Below are positions 1 to 11,335 of a DNA stretch of 64,000 nucleotides, piece after piece. The translations under genes and the position numbers were made by a program. This DNA comes from Dehalococcoidia bacterium. GTDB lineage: Bacteria > Chloroflexota > Dehalococcoidia > Bin125. Within the stretch, counting starts at the first letter, position 1. Every line of letters begins with the position of its first letter. The notes below the pieces were generated by a model, which ran no database searches, had not been told where the DNA came from, and saw only the letters and a list, made by a program, of their open reading frames with translations. Location: contig OY820591.1 in the NCBI GenBank assembly GCA_963555985.3, positions 1,760,001 to 1,824,000 on the forward strand, read 5' to 3'.

Positions 1-89
1 GAAGTTTTGCACAGGTCTCTCTACGCAGGGGCAGGATTTTGCCGCGCTCCGCCGCGACAATCTCGCCGTGTGAGCGACGACGGTGCAGG

Positions 90-124
90 TCACAGCGAGA
101 TACCCGCGGCAAGCGCGGGTATGA
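90..124. repeat. REP-like palindrome, family A (CGAGATACCCGCG-GCAAG-CGCGGGTATGA)
   Basis: The 35-mer TCACAGCGAGATACCCGCGGCAAGCGCGGGTATGA is identical to 28825-28859; reverse-orientation variants occur at 28526, 35593 and 39465. Confidence 0.85.
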
Positions 125-163
125 TGGAAGTGAGGGGCGGACCCCCTCTATCCCCTGTTCGGG

Positions 164-1063
164 CTAGGGGGAGGCGAGCGGGTAAGAGGAGAGCTCGAAT
201 ACGCGGGCTGGTTGGCAGGGTTCGTAGTTGAGCCAGAGGGATTCTTGGCGGGTGGTGCGGACGGAGTGGGCTAGGCGGGGATTGGCGTCGACTCGGTTCC
301 AGTTAGCGAAGAGGTCGTCGTAGAGGGTGGAACGGTAGCCGGAGATAGCGGCGCGGCCTTTGATTGTTTGGAGCAGTTCGGCGAGTTCGCGGTGATCGTC
401 GTCGGTCATTTCTGCGCCGTAGGCGGCAGCGTCGCCGCGGGACTCGTGGACGTAGGGGGGATCGAGGTAGAAGAGCGTGTCGGGGGTGTCGTAGCGCTGA
501 ATTATTTCGAGGGCGGGGGCGTTCTCGATCTGGATGCGTTGCAGGCGCTGGACGATCTCGGAGAGGCCCTCAACGGAGCCGAGCCAGCGCGAGACGGCGC
601 CGGCCATTCCGGCGCGGGAGGTGAGCAGGCAATGCGCCCAGCGTCCTTCGGATGATGTCTGAGCCAAGCCGGTGCGGGTCTGGCGGGCGCGGACGAAGAA
701 GCGGCGGGCGCGTTCGAGCGGGTCGGCACCGTTCGGGGGCTCGCAGGCTAAGGCCAGTTCCTCGCGCGAAAAGGGAGTGAGGCCGATCGCGCGGATGAGG
801 TCGTCGCTGGTTTCGGGGTCTCGGAGGACGCGGAAGAAGTTGACCAGTTCGGAATCGAGGTCGTTGTAGGTTTCGACGGGGGCGGGGGCGCGGTTGATGA
901 TCACGGCGGCGGAACCGCCGAAGACGTCGCAGAAGTGGCGCTCGTCGGTGGGCAGGTTGGGGAGGATGAAGTCGAGGTGGCTGAATTTGCCGCCGTACCA
1001 GCCGAAGGCGATCATGCACTTTCGGCGTCGGGCGGCGTTCTTGACAATGCGGCGGGTAACCAT
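164..1063 (-). CDS. DNA adenine methyltransferase (D12/Dam class, N6-mA)
   Basis: Motifs WYGGK, DVFGGS (SAM binding), YNDL and FYLDPPY (catalytic DPPY). ATG at 1063 is preceded by AGGAGG; the longer ORF to 1408 overlaps trmD. Confidence 0.9.
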   Translation of the reverse strand: MVTRRIVKNAARRRKCMIAFGWYGGKFSHLDFILPNLPTDERHFCDVFGGSAAVIINRAPAPVETYNDLDSELVNFFRVLRDPETSDDLIRAIGLTPFSREELALACEPPNGADPLERARRFFVRARQTRTGLAQTSSEGRWAHCLLTSRAGMAGAVSRWLGSVEGLSEIVQRLQRIQIENAPALEIIQRYDTPDTLFYLDPPYVHESRGDAAAYGAEMTDDDHRELAELLQTIKGRAAISGYRSTLYDDLFANWNRVDANPRLAHSVRTTRQESLWLNYEPCQPARVFELSSYPLASP

Positions 1064-1166
1064 CGGCGGCCTCCTGGGACTCCGTGCATACGTTCGCATG
1101 AATTGTCCGGTTTGGCAAGTGGGTTGGGTGGTCTGTACATAGTGGATGGAGGTGTGCAGAGGATGT

Positions 1167-1859
1167 CTAGTTTGTGTCGCCTTCGCCGGGTAGGAGATCG
1201 GGGCGTCTGGCGCGGGTGCGGCGGCGTTGTTGCTGCCGACGCCAGTGTTCGATTTGGGCGTGGTGTCCGCTGAGGAGGATGTCGGGGACTCGCCAGCCGC
1301 GAAACTCCGGCGGTCTGGTGTATTGGGGGTATTCCAGCAGGCCGTCGGAGAAGGATTCGTCGAGGGCGGACTCGGCCGAGCCGAGCGCTCCGGGTTGGAG
1401 GCGGACAACGGCGTCGACGACTACGGCGGCAGCCGGCTCTCCACCTGAGAGCACGTAATCGCCAATCGAGATTTCAGCGTCGGCGAGGTGTTCGCGGACT
1501 CGCTCGTCGATGCCCTCGTAGCGGGCGCAGAGGAGGATGAGGCGATCTTCGCTGGCGAGTTCGCGCACGATTGCCTGGTCCAGCCGGCGTCCCTGGGGGG
1601 TAAGGAGGACGGCGCGGCCGGGATTGCCTTGCGTCCGCAGCGATTCGACGGCTCGGAACCAGGGTTCGGGGCGCATGACCATGCCCGCGCCGCCGCCGTA
1701 GGGCGGCGCGTCTACGCTTCGGTGTCTGTCGGTGGTGTAGTCGCGTAGATCGTGCAGGCGGAGATCGAGGATTCCGGCTGAGCGGGCGCGCCGGATGATG
1801 CTCGCCTCGAAGGCGCCGGCGAGCAGTTGCGGAAAGATCGTGAGGATGTCGATCCGCAT
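1167..1859 (-). CDS. trmD: tRNA (guanine37-N1)-methyltransferase
   Basis: [10 protein letters not shown] start, [31 protein letters not shown] and [10 protein letters not shown]. Confidence 0.97.
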   Translation of the reverse strand: MRIDILTIFPQLLAGAFEASIIRRARSAGILDLRLHDLRDYTTDRHRSVDAPPYGGGAGMVMRPEPWFRAVESLRTQGNPGRAVLLTPQGRRLDQAIVRELASEDRLILLCARYEGIDERVREHLADAEISIGDYVLSGGEPAAAVVVDAVVRLQPGALGSAESALDESFSDGLLEYPQYTRPPEFRGWRVPDILLSGHHAQIEHWRRQQQRRRTRARRPDLLPGEGDTN

Positions 1860-1878
1860 GTTGCGTGTGTATTCGGTC

Positions 1879-1933
1879 GGACCCCCCTCTGTCCCTCCGG
1901 GACATCTCCCCCCACAGTGCGGGGGGAGAGGGG
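1879..1933. repeat. REP-like double-hairpin, family B (CCCTCTGTCCC..GGGACATCTCCCCCC...GGGGGGAGAG)
   Basis: Near-identical copy at 53951-54004 and a reverse copy at 35494-35537; lies in the ftsZ-trmD intergenic gap. Confidence 0.8.
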
Positions 1934-1969
1934 ATTGGGTTTGGACTGCTCTCCCGTTGCGGGGAAGGG

Positions 1970-3205
<1,236 letters not shown>

Positions 3206-3291
3206 GCGTGGGGTCTCCTGTCGGTGCTCGGGCGCTGGGCGGTGTTTGCTTGCGACGCCGCTCGCTGTGCGGGCGGCGGACGGGGGCGGGT

Positions 3292-4560
3292 TTAGTTGGG
3301 ATTGAAGACGCGCGCGAAGCTGAGCAAGCTGCGGGCGATTGCTCCGACAGCGGGGGCGGCGCTGCCGGATTGGCGGGCAACAGGCGTGGAATGAGGCGAG
3401 AGGTCGGTTGCATCGAGCATCCAGTCGAGTAGACCGACCGCAGCAGTGGAAGAGCCGTCGCCGAGGCGATCGGCGAGTCCGTAGACGCCGCTCGGTGCGG
3501 CGACACGCACCGCCGAGCCGGTGAGCGCCTCGAAGAGCGTGTCGACGCCTACGAGTTGCGATCCGCCGCCGGTGAGGATCACGCCGCCGGCGAGAGACTG
3601 GTGCAGTTGTCGCTCGGACACGCGCTCGAGCAGCAGGGCGACGATTTCGACGATTCGGTCGCGGACGATCTCGGAGAGAAACACGGGCGAGACCGAGTGC
3701 GTGCGGCCCTCGCTGAAGCCGGAGAGTTCGATCGGTTCGGGATCGGGCGGGATCAGATCGGGGACGGCTTGTCCGTATTGACGTTTGGCCGCTTCAGCGG
3801 TCTCGGGCGAGCAGCGCAAGCCGATGGAGAGATCGCGGGTGATGTGATTGCCGCCGACGGGGAGCGACGTCGTATGCGCGATCGCGCCGTCGGCGTAGGC
3901 GACGATATCGGTGGTTCCGGCACCGAGGTCGACGACCAGGACGCCCTGCTCGGCTTCATCAGGGCGGACGAGATGGGCGGCAGAGACGACCGCCTGGGAG
4001 GCGATCAGTTCGACGCCGATGCCGGCTTGTTCGACGCAGTGGACGGCGTTCTGGATCGCGCCCTGGGAGGCCGTGACGAGGTGGATTTCGACATCGAGGC
4101 GCTGTCCGTGCATCCCGCGCGGATCGAGCACGCGGTTCTGCGAATCGACGACGTAGAAGCGGGGGATGGCGTGGATCAGGGTGCGCGAGGGGTCGAGCGT
4201 GACCGCGCGTCCGGCGTCGATGGCGCGGCGGAGATCGTCGTCCTGGATGGGGAATTCGAGCGATGGGATTGCTGCGACGCCGCGATTGTTGAGGCTCTCG
4301 ATATGGGCTCCGCTGAGGGCGATGCCGGCTGAGAGGATCTGCCGCCCGGAGGAGCGTTCGGCCTGATCGACGGAGGCCGTGATCGACTGCGCGGCGCGAG
4401 CGACGTGACTGATCTGGCCGGCTTCGATTCCGCCTGCGGGCACTGCGCCGACGCCGAGGACGTGCAGGTAGCCGTGCTCGCTGCGCTCGCCGACGACGGT
4501 GGTCACGACGGAGGAGCCGAGATCAATTGCGGCGATGGCGGTCGGGGGCGGCTGCGGCAT
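3292..4560 (-). CDS. ftsA: cell division protein FtsA
   Basis: Actin-like motifs IDLGSS, VDLGAGTTD, VGGNHITRDL and LTGGGSQL; AGGAG RBS before ATG 4560; directly upstream of ftsZ. Confidence 0.95.
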   Translation of the reverse strand: MPQPPPTAIAAIDLGSSVVTTVVGERSEHGYLHVLGVGAVPAGGIEAGQISHVARAAQSITASVDQAERSSGRQILSAGIALSGAHIESLNNRGVAAIPSLEFPIQDDDLRRAIDAGRAVTLDPSRTLIHAIPRFYVVDSQNRVLDPRGMHGQRLDVEIHLVTASQGAIQNAVHCVEQAGIGVELIASQAVVSAAHLVRPDEAEQGVLVVDLGAGTTDIVAYADGAIAHTTSLPVGGNHITRDLSIGLRCSPETAEAAKRQYGQAVPDLIPPDPEPIELSGFSEGRTHSVSPVFLSEIVRDRIVEIVALLLERVSERQLHQSLAGGVILTGGGSQLVGVDTLFEALTGSAVRVAAPSGVYGLADRLGDGSSTAAVGLLDWMLDATDLSPHSTPVARQSGSAAPAVGAIARSLLSFARVFNPN

Positions 4561-4591
4561 AGAGCGACTCCTGTGCGGCTGGCGCAATGAA

Positions 4592-5404
4592 TCAGCGGGC
4601 GATGTTGCGGAGGGCGCGGCCTTGCTCGAGGCCGATTTCGACTCTGGGACGGAGGCCGAAGCGAAGATCGGCGAGCAGCAGCGGCTCGCCGCGACTGATC
4701 GCTTCGAGTTCGAGCTGGGTCCAGACGTCGTACTTGTAATCGAGGCCTTCGGCGTCGCCGAAGACGATCCGTCCGTGCTCGGTGATGACGACGAGACCGA
4801 GCTGTTGCGACCACTCGTAGGAGACGATGGCGGGCAGATCGACCGGCGCGCCGCGCTCGTCGAGTTCGGCGACGAGTTCGACCGCAGTGGTGTCGATCCG
4901 CTGTCCCGCGCGCACGGGGGGCAGGGCAGAGGTCTGAGTAATGATCGGCCCGTAGGCCGGCGGCGCGACGCCTTCGAGGATCACGCCCTCGCGGTCAATT
5001 GCCCACACGGTGTCGTTTGCCCGCCACCGGCCCCACGGCCTGCGTTCCACTATGACAAGCTTGACCCGATTTGGCCAACTGCGGTGGATTTCGATCTCGC
5101 GCACCATGGGCAAGGCGAGCACCGGCTCGCGGGCGGCGGCGAGGTCGGCGCGGATGATGTTCTGTCCGCGCAAGCCCGTGAGTTGCGCAACGGAAGCCGG
5201 GGACACCACGCTCGTGCCGCTGACTTCGACTTCGCTGATGTCGAACAGGCTGGAATTGAGCGCGACGATCGAAACGACAATCAGCGCGGCCAGCGTGACC
5301 GAGACGATCGTGCGGGACCAGCCGATTCTGGGCCGGAGTCGGCGGGGCAGGTTGGTCTCACCGTCCGCTCTGCCGACCGGCTCTGGGCCGGGGCCGGCGC
5401 TCAC
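4592..5404 (-). CDS. ftsQ: cell division protein FtsQ/DivIB
   Basis: Single N-terminal TM helix, POTRA-like region (IHRSWPNRVKLVIVER), C-terminal ADLRF; lies between ddl and ftsA. Confidence 0.85.
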   Translation of the reverse strand: MSAGPGPEPVGRADGETNLPRRLRPRIGWSRTIVSVTLAALIVVSIVALNSSLFDISEVEVSGTSVVSPASVAQLTGLRGQNIIRADLAAAREPVLALPMVREIEIHRSWPNRVKLVIVERRPWGRWRANDTVWAIDREGVILEGVAPPAYGPIITQTSALPPVRAGQRIDTTAVELVAELDERGAPVDLPAIVSYEWSQQLGLVVITEHGRIVFGDAEGLDYKYDVWTQLELEAISRGEPLLLADLRFGLRPRVEIGLEQGRALRNIAR

Positions 5405-6519
5405 GATTGCATCTCCTGACGCTGCTCAAGACGGCGCAGACGGTAGGCGAAGGCCAAGTCCACGAGGCGCTCAACGAGCTGCTGCAAGGGAAGGCCGTCG
5501 ACTTCAAACAGGCGCGGATACATCGAGGCGCTGGTAAATCCGGGGATGGTGTTGAGTTCGCCCAGCCAGAACTCTCCGGCGCGCGGCCCGGAGTCCGCGA
5601 GCAGGAAGTCGGCGCGGAGCATCCCGCTTGCGCCAATCGCGTGGTAGGCGTCAAGCGCGGCCTGACGAATCTGCTCGGCGGTTGGGTGATCGAGTTCGGC
5701 CGGCAGTAGCAGCTCGGTCGCCGGATCTTCGTACTTGGCGGTGTAGTCGTAGAACGCGCGCCGGGTGCGAATTTCGCCGAGCGAGGAGGCGATTGGAGCG
5801 TCTTCACCATCAGGGCCGATCGAGCCGAGGATGCCGCACTCGATCTCGCGGGCGTTGGGCATGGCCTCTTCGACCAGGATCTCGTCGTCGCAGGCGGCGG
5901 CCGCATCGAAGGCGGCGGGCAAGTCTTCGCGCGACTCGACTCTGGTGATGCCAATGCTCGAACCGCCGCGCGCGGGTTTGAGGAATTGGGGGAAACCGAG
6001 CGCGGCGGCCTCGCGGATCAGGCGGGTCGGGGCGGATCGCCAGTCGGCGGCGCGGACGGTGATCGAGGGCGCGACCGGAATGCCGGCTGCGCTCAGGAGC
6101 TGTTTGCAGCGGGACTTGTCCATCGCGATCGCGGAGGCTTCGACGCCGGGGCCGACATAGGCGAGATCGAGCGTCTCGAGAAAACCCTGTAGGACTCCGT
6201 CCTCGCCGGACGTACCGTGAATGAGCGGGAAGATCGCGTCGCACTGGAGCAGGGCTGCGATTGTTGCGGGCGGGATTGGGGCGCTGGGTTGGCCGGGTGG
6301 ATCGGCGATTCGCTCCGGAGCGCCGAAGTCGATGGCGGTCAGCGCACTGCGGGAGGCGTCCGGGGTAAGCCAGCGGCCGTTGCGTGAGACGGCGAAGGGA
6401 ATGACTCGAAAGCGCTGCGGATCGGCGGCGGCGATCACGGCCCGGGCGGAGCGGACGCTAATCGTATGTTCGACCGATGCGCCGCCGAGGATGACTCCGA
6501 GGGTCTGCTGTTCGCTCAT
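5401..6519 (-). CDS. ddl: D-alanine--D-alanine ligase
   Basis: GGASVEHTIS, HGTSGEDG, KPARGGSSIG, YDYTAKY omega loop (D-Ala-D-Ala type) and ELNTIPGFT. Confidence 0.96.
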   Translation of the reverse strand: MSEQQTLGVILGGASVEHTISVRSARAVIAAADPQRFRVIPFAVSRNGRWLTPDASRSALTAIDFGAPERIADPPGQPSAPIPPATIAALLQCDAIFPLIHGTSGEDGVLQGFLETLDLAYVGPGVEASAIAMDKSRCKQLLSAAGIPVAPSITVRAADWRSAPTRLIREAAALGFPQFLKPARGGSSIGITRVESREDLPAAFDAAAACDDEILVEEAMPNAREIECGILGSIGPDGEDAPIASSLGEIRTRRAFYDYTAKYEDPATELLLPAELDHPTAEQIRQAALDAYHAIGASGMLRADFLLADSGPRAGEFWLGELNTIPGFTSASMYPRLFEVDGLPLQQLVERLVDLAFAYRLRRLEQRQEMQS

Positions 6520-7454
6520 GGCGCCTCCTCTCCAAGCAGTGCGATTTCGGGTTCGAGGCTGATCCCGAACTGGTCGCGTACTTGCTGCTGAATGTGTTCG
6601 ATGAGCGCGATGAAGTCAGCCGCTGTCGCGTTCGCTACGTCCCGATTGAGGATGTAGTTGGCGTGGAGCGTTGACACTTGCGCAGCGCCGAAGCGGTGAC
6701 CGCGCAGTCCCGCCTGGTCGATCAGCACGCCTGCACTGCGATGGTCGCCGGGCGGATTCCTGAAGGTGGAACCGAGGCTCGGTCCGGTGGGCGCGTTGGT
6801 TTTGCGCAAACGCTCGACCCGCTCGATCTCGGCGAACGCAGCCTGCGGGTCGCCTTTGCGCAACCGAAGCCGCACGCTGGTCACGATGAGCTCGGCGTGC
6901 GGGCCGCTGCGCAGGGCGGAGTCGCGGTAGCGGAGATCGATATCGCCCGGCCACAGTGTGATCTCAGTACCGTCCGGTGCGACTGTCTCGGCGCTGACGA
7001 AGATGTCGGCCAGTTCTCCGCCATAGGCGCCTGCGTTGGTGGGTAGTCCGCCGCCGACTGCGCCGGGGATGCCCGCCGCCCACTCCAGGCCGATCAGGCC
7101 AGCGCGTGCCGTGGCACGCGCGAGGGTGGCGAAGCGTGCGCCGCTGTCGATCTCGATGACCTGAACGGACGGATCGTTGTCGGCGTCCGATACCAAGCGG
7201 CAAGCGCGGGATTCGTTCTTGATCACCAGGCCGCGAAGGCCGCCGTCGCGAATGAGGACGTTCGAGCCGGCGCCGAGCACGTGGAGGGGAAGTTCGCATT
7301 CGCGCGCGACTGCGAGCGCACTGGTGAGTTCGCAACGGTTCCGCACCGTCAGGAACCAGTCAGCCGGACCGCCCACCTGGACGAAGGTGTGACGCGCCAG
7401 CGGCACGTTGGGCGCCGCGCCAAGCTCGGCCATTGCCTGTTCGACGCTGTTCAT
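6516..7454 (-). CDS. murB: UDP-N-acetylenolpyruvoylglucosamine reductase
   Basis: GGPAD, GAGSNVL, GIPGAVGG, NAGAYG, GSTFRNP and HANYI. Confidence 0.96.
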   Translation of the reverse strand: MNSVEQAMAELGAAPNVPLARHTFVQVGGPADWFLTVRNRCELTSALAVARECELPLHVLGAGSNVLIRDGGLRGLVIKNESRACRLVSDADNDPSVQVIEIDSGARFATLARATARAGLIGLEWAAGIPGAVGGGLPTNAGAYGGELADIFVSAETVAPDGTEITLWPGDIDLRYRDSALRSGPHAELIVTSVRLRLRKGDPQAAFAEIERVERLRKTNAPTGPSLGSTFRNPPGDHRSAGVLIDQAGLRGHRFGAAQVSTLHANYILNRDVANATAADFIALIEHIQQQVRDQFGISLEPEIALLGEEAP

Positions 7455-8818
7455 GCGCGCCCTCGCAGATGTTCGAGTACGGCTGCGGGAGCGGCGTCGA
7501 TGTCGCCCGCGCCCATCGTGACGATCAGGTCGTCCGGTTGCGCAGCGGCCGCGGCCACAGCCGCGGTCTCAGCGACTGAGCCTGCGTAGATGGCGCAGGG
7601 CGAGCTGACCAGCGGCGCGAGTTGAGCCGCGGACATGCCGCGATCGGGGTCTTCGCGCGCGGCATAGGTGTCGGCGATGTAGAGCAGGTCGGCGTCGCTG
7701 AAGCAGGTTCTGAACTCTTCCAGCAAGTACTGCGTTCTGGTGTATGTATGGGGCTGGAAGAGGACGACCAGGCGGCGCTCGGGATAGCGGGCTTTCGCGG
7801 CTGCGAGGGCGGAGCGGATCTCGGTCGGGTGATGGGCATAGTCATCGAGGACCAGGACGCCCTCATGCTCACCGACGATCTGAAAGCGGCGCTGCACGCC
7901 GCGGAAATCCGCGATTGCGGCGGCCGACGTAGCCAGGTCGAAACCGGCGAGCTCGGTTGCGGCGAGCGCGGCTGCGGCATTGCGCAGGTTGTAGACGCCC
8001 GGCAGTTGTAGTTGGGAGAGCAGAGTCGCATCCGGCGTTTCAAGGAGGTAGGACTGTCCGGTCTCGTCTTCGGCTTCGATCCGATAGTCGGCGTCGCGAT
8101 CGGCGGCAAAGGTGTAGACGCGCAGATCGGGGCGCTCGCAGGACAGCCGCTCCGCGATCGCCTCTGCGCCGGCTGAGTCAATCCCGACGATCAATGCCCC
8201 GTTCGGGCGCAGAGTGCGTGTGTATTGGAGGAAGGCTTCGGTGAGAGCCGCCTCGCTCCCGTAGTAATCGAGGTGATCGGGTTCGACGTTGGTGAGCACG
8301 GCAACCGCAGGGGCGTAGTGGTGGAAGGCGCGAGCGTACTCGTCTGCTTCGAGCACGAGCCAAGGATCGGTTCCGCGCCTGGCGTGGATGTCGAAGTCGG
8401 CCGCTTCGCCGCCGAGCACGTAGCCCGTGTCTCGCCCAGAGGCGCGCATGGCCTGCGCGATCAGGGCGGTCGTCGTGGTTTTGCCATGCGATCCGCCCAC
8501 GGCAATCACGTCGCGGCGGGAAGCGATCTCCGCCAAGAGTTCGGCGCGTGTCTGACAGGGAATGCCGAGCTCCACAGCGGCCGCGATTTCGGGGTGATCC
8601 GGGGGCACGGCGGCGGTGCGGACGACGCGCGTCGCCGTCGTCACGTGGCTCGCGCGATGACCGATCACGATGCGCGCGCCGCGATCGCGCAGCGGTTGCA
8701 GGATCGGTGCGTCAACGCGGTCGCAGCCGCTCACGACGACGCCGTCGTCCAGCAGGATGTGGGCGAGCGCGGACATATGAATCCCGCCGATGCCGACGAA
8801 GTGGACGTTGATCGTCAT
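7451..8818 (-). CDS. murC: UDP-N-acetylmuramate--L-alanine ligase
   Basis: GIGGIHMS, GSHGKTTT, EADE, DHLDYY, DDYAHHPTEI and FQPHTYTR. Confidence 0.97.
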   Translation of the reverse strand: MTINVHFVGIGGIHMSALAHILLDDGVVVSGCDRVDAPILQPLRDRGARIVIGHRASHVTTATRVVRTAAVPPDHPEIAAAVELGIPCQTRAELLAEIASRRDVIAVGGSHGKTTTTALIAQAMRASGRDTGYVLGGEAADFDIHARRGTDPWLVLEADEYARAFHHYAPAVAVLTNVEPDHLDYYGSEAALTEAFLQYTRTLRPNGALIVGIDSAGAEAIAERLSCERPDLRVYTFAADRDADYRIEAEDETGQSYLLETPDATLLSQLQLPGVYNLRNAAAALAATELAGFDLATSAAAIADFRGVQRRFQIVGEHEGVLVLDDYAHHPTEIRSALAAAKARYPERRLVVLFQPHTYTRTQYLLEEFRTCFSDADLLYIADTYAAREDPDRGMSAAQLAPLVSSPCAIYAGSVAETAAVAAAAAQPDDLIVTMGAGDIDAAPAAVLEHLRGRA

Positions 8819-9930
8819 CCCGCTGCCCTCGAGTCGTTTGGACGCGCGACATCGAGGATGGTTCGGGCGATGGCGCGGCCTGCGTCAAGCTGCCGCAGTT
8901 TGAGGACCTGTTCGCGCATTGCCGCCAGCCGCTCGCGGTCGGCAAGGAGGGCGGCGGCGCGGGGATAGAGATCGTCTTCAACCCGCTGATCATCAACGAT
9001 CACTGCGGCCCCGGCGTCGGCGAGCGTCTGTGCATTAAAGCGTTGATGACCGCCGGCCTCGCCCAGCGGCACGAGTACGGCGGGAAGTCCAGCGGCCGGA
9101 TACTCGCCCATCACCGAGGCGCCGGCGCGGGAGACAGCCAGATCGCAGGCGGCCATCGCTAGCGGCATTTCGTCGGAGAGATAGGGATAGAGGCGGTAGC
9201 GGCTGCGCAGGGTCGGGGGTAACTGCTCACGTAGCGCGTTGAGGCGTTCGAAGTCGGCTTGGCCCGAGACATGGATCAACTGGGTCGTATCGAGTAGATC
9301 GCGGAGATGCTCGGCGATGCAGTTGTTGATGCGCTGCGCGCCTCGAACCGCTCCGGTGACGAGCAGCGCAGGCCCGCCGTTGAGTTGGAAGTGGGCGCGG
9401 GCCAAAGGGCGATCGAGGTCTCGGAACCCTTCCCGCAGCGGGTATCCGGTGACGACGGCTTTGCCTGATCGATAGCGGCGCGCGGAGCGCTCGTGCGTGA
9501 CACAGATGCGGGTGGCGACGGGAGCCAAGAAGCGAAGCGTCCAGCCCGGCTCAATGTCGGGTTGGAAGAGCACGATCGGCCGCCGCGCGATCCAGGCCGC
9601 GACACCGACCGGCGCGGAGACATAGCCGCCGGTGAGGAAGACGGCGTGCGGCCGGAATTTCAGAATCAAGCCAAGCGCATCCAATGCGCCGGTGGCGGCG
9701 GCTCCAACGGAGATCAGTTGACTGAACGGGTTGCGTCCGCGCAGCGGTCTTGCGGCGATCGAGGAATAGGGGATGCCGATTGAGGCGGCGAGCTCAGACT
9801 CAACCCCGTCGGCGGTACCGGCAAAGCGGAACTCGACGGGTTGGGCGCTGAGTTGGCCGAGGGCGTCGGCTACGGCGAACGCGGGGAAGACATGACCGCC
9901 GGATCCGCCTCCGGAGAGCAAGATGCGCAA
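8815..9930 (-). CDS. murG: lipid II N-acetylglucosaminyl transferase MurG
   Basis: GGGSGGHVFP, TGGYVS, SRAGAS and HQRFNA motifs; probable TTG start at 9930 behind a GAGGAGGA RBS. Confidence 0.94.
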   Translation of the reverse strand: MRILLSGGGSGGHVFPAFAVADALGQLSAQPVEFRFAGTADGVESELAASIGIPYSSIAARPLRGRNPFSQLISVGAAATGALDALGLILKFRPHAVFLTGGYVSAPVGVAAWIARRPIVLFQPDIEPGWTLRFLAPVATRICVTHERSARRYRSGKAVVTGYPLREGFRDLDRPLARAHFQLNGGPALLVTGAVRGAQRINNCIAEHLRDLLDTTQLIHVSGQADFERLNALREQLPPTLRSRYRLYPYLSDEMPLAMAACDLAVSRAGASVMGEYPAAGLPAVLVPLGEAGGHQRFNAQTLADAGAAVIVDDQRVEDDLYPRAAALLADRERLAAMREQVLKLRQLDAGRAIARTILDVARPNDSRAAG

Positions 9931-9961
9931 CGTCAATCCTCCTCTCAAGCGCTTGACGACG

Positions 9962-11335
9962 CTAGGAACCGTCACCGCGACCGCTGTGCAGCGGATCGGC
10001 GCGTTTCGGTTCGGATGGTTTGCCGGGAGCCGCGTCCCGCGTCGGGAGGCTCTCGTCGCCGGTCTCGAACGCGGGGCGGCTGCCCTGACTATGGCGAGAG
10101 ATGTTGACCAGGATGCCGGCCGCGGCCAGCGATGCGATCAGCGCAGACGAGCCGAAACTGATGAACGGCAGCGGGATGCCGGTCAACACGATCGTGCGGG
10201 TGACGCCGGCGACATTGAAGAACGCCTGCACCGCGAACCAGCTGACGATCCCGAACGCGAGCAGGGTGCCGAAACGATCCTGCGCTCGCATTCCTGCGCG
10301 GATGCCTCGAGAGATCAGGACCCCGAAGATCGTCAGTACGATCATCGCCCCGAGCAAACCCGTTTCCTCACCGATGATCGCGAAGACGCCGTCGGTGTGC
10401 GCGGAGGGTACGTAGAAGAACTTCTGGCGTGAGGCGCCGAGTCCGACCCCGGTCAGGCCGCCGGAGCCGAGTGTGGAGACCAAGTTGATGATCTGAAAGC
10501 CCGCATCCTGGGCCATCTCTTCGGCATTGAAGAAGGCGCGGAAGCGGTCGAGTCCGTAGCCAACAACGAAGATGATTCCGAACAGCGTGGCGGAGCCGCC
10601 GAGCACCAGTACGGTCATGTGCCGCAGCGCCGCGCCGGCGAGGAAGAACATGATCACGCCGATGGCCGCAATGGTGGCGAACGTGCCCAGATCGGGTTCA
10701 GCCATCAGGAGGAATCCGACGATGGCGATGATGATCGAGAAGGGGAATAGGCCGAATGGGATTCGCTTGATGTCCTCGCCTTTGGCTACGAGCCAGGCGG
10801 CGACGTAGATGCAGATGGCGAGCTTGGCGAATTCGGACGGCTGAAAGGGCGGCAAGCCGCCTATCTGAATCCAGCGGGTTGCGCCGTTCTGCTCACTGCC
10901 GATGCCCGGCGCGAGCACCAACAACAACAGCGCAATTGCGCCGCCCATGACGATGGGTGAGTAGCGCCGCCAGAAGCGGTAGTCGATTCGTGAGCAGATG
11001 ATGAACGCAACCAGCCCGATCGCGGCCCCGAGCAGTTGGCGAGTTGCGAAGTAGCGGGTATCGCCGTGGAGTTCGAGCGAGATCGCGAAGGAGGAAGAGA
11101 AGACGAAGACGAGGCCGATGAAGGTGAGAACGATCACGGCCCCGATCAATACCCAGTCGGGCGCGGCGGCGGGGCGGCGGATGTGTTCGAAGATTCGGCG
11201 CCCAACCGCGGGGGCGTCCACCGCGACCAGCGGCATTGAGTGGCGCGGGGCCTTCGGAGCGCCGGTCGCTACGCGGCGCAAGCTGGTCTGAGGAGGTTGC
11301 GCCGCGCGTTCGGCGGGACGATGCATCGTTGTCAT
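9962..11335 (-). CDS. ftsW: peptidoglycan polymerase FtsW (SEDS family)
   Basis: Multi-TM protein with GATRWI, QPSEFAK, EPDLGT, HTDGVF and GIPLPFISFG; start overlaps the murD stop. Confidence 0.94.
   Translation of the reverse strand: MTTMHRPAERAAQPPQTSLRRVATGAPKAPRHSMPLVAVDAPAVGRRIFEHIRRPAAAPDWVLIGAVIVLTFIGLVFVFSSSFAISLELHGDTRYFATRQLLGAAIGLVAFIICSRIDYRFWRRYSPIVMGGAIALLLLVLAPGIGSEQNGATRWIQIGGLPPFQPSEFAKLAICIYVAAWLVAKGEDIKRIPFGLFPFSIIIAIVGFLLMAEPDLGTFATIAAIGVIMFFLAGAALRHMTVLVLGGSATLFGIIFVVGYGLDRFRAFFNAEEMAQDAGFQIINLVSTLGSGGLTGVGLGASRQKFFYVPSAHTDGVFAIIGEETGLLGAMIVLTIFGVLISRGIRAGMRAQDRFGTLLAFGIVSWFAVQAFFNVAGVTRTIVLTGIPLPFISFGSSALIASLAAAGILVNISRHSQGSRPAFETGDESLPTRDAAPGKPSEPKRADPLHSGRGDGS

Noticed and set aside
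1064-1408. N-terminal extension of the methyltransferase ORF (also the ORF-track extensions of mraY, ftsW and the radical SAM gene)
   Set aside because: They overlap neighbouring genes; downstream starts with an RBS or stop/start coupling fit better.
5401-6519. Vancomycin-resistance-type D-Ala-D-Lac ligase
   Set aside because: The omega loop YDYTAKY and the dcw context indicate an ordinary Ddl.
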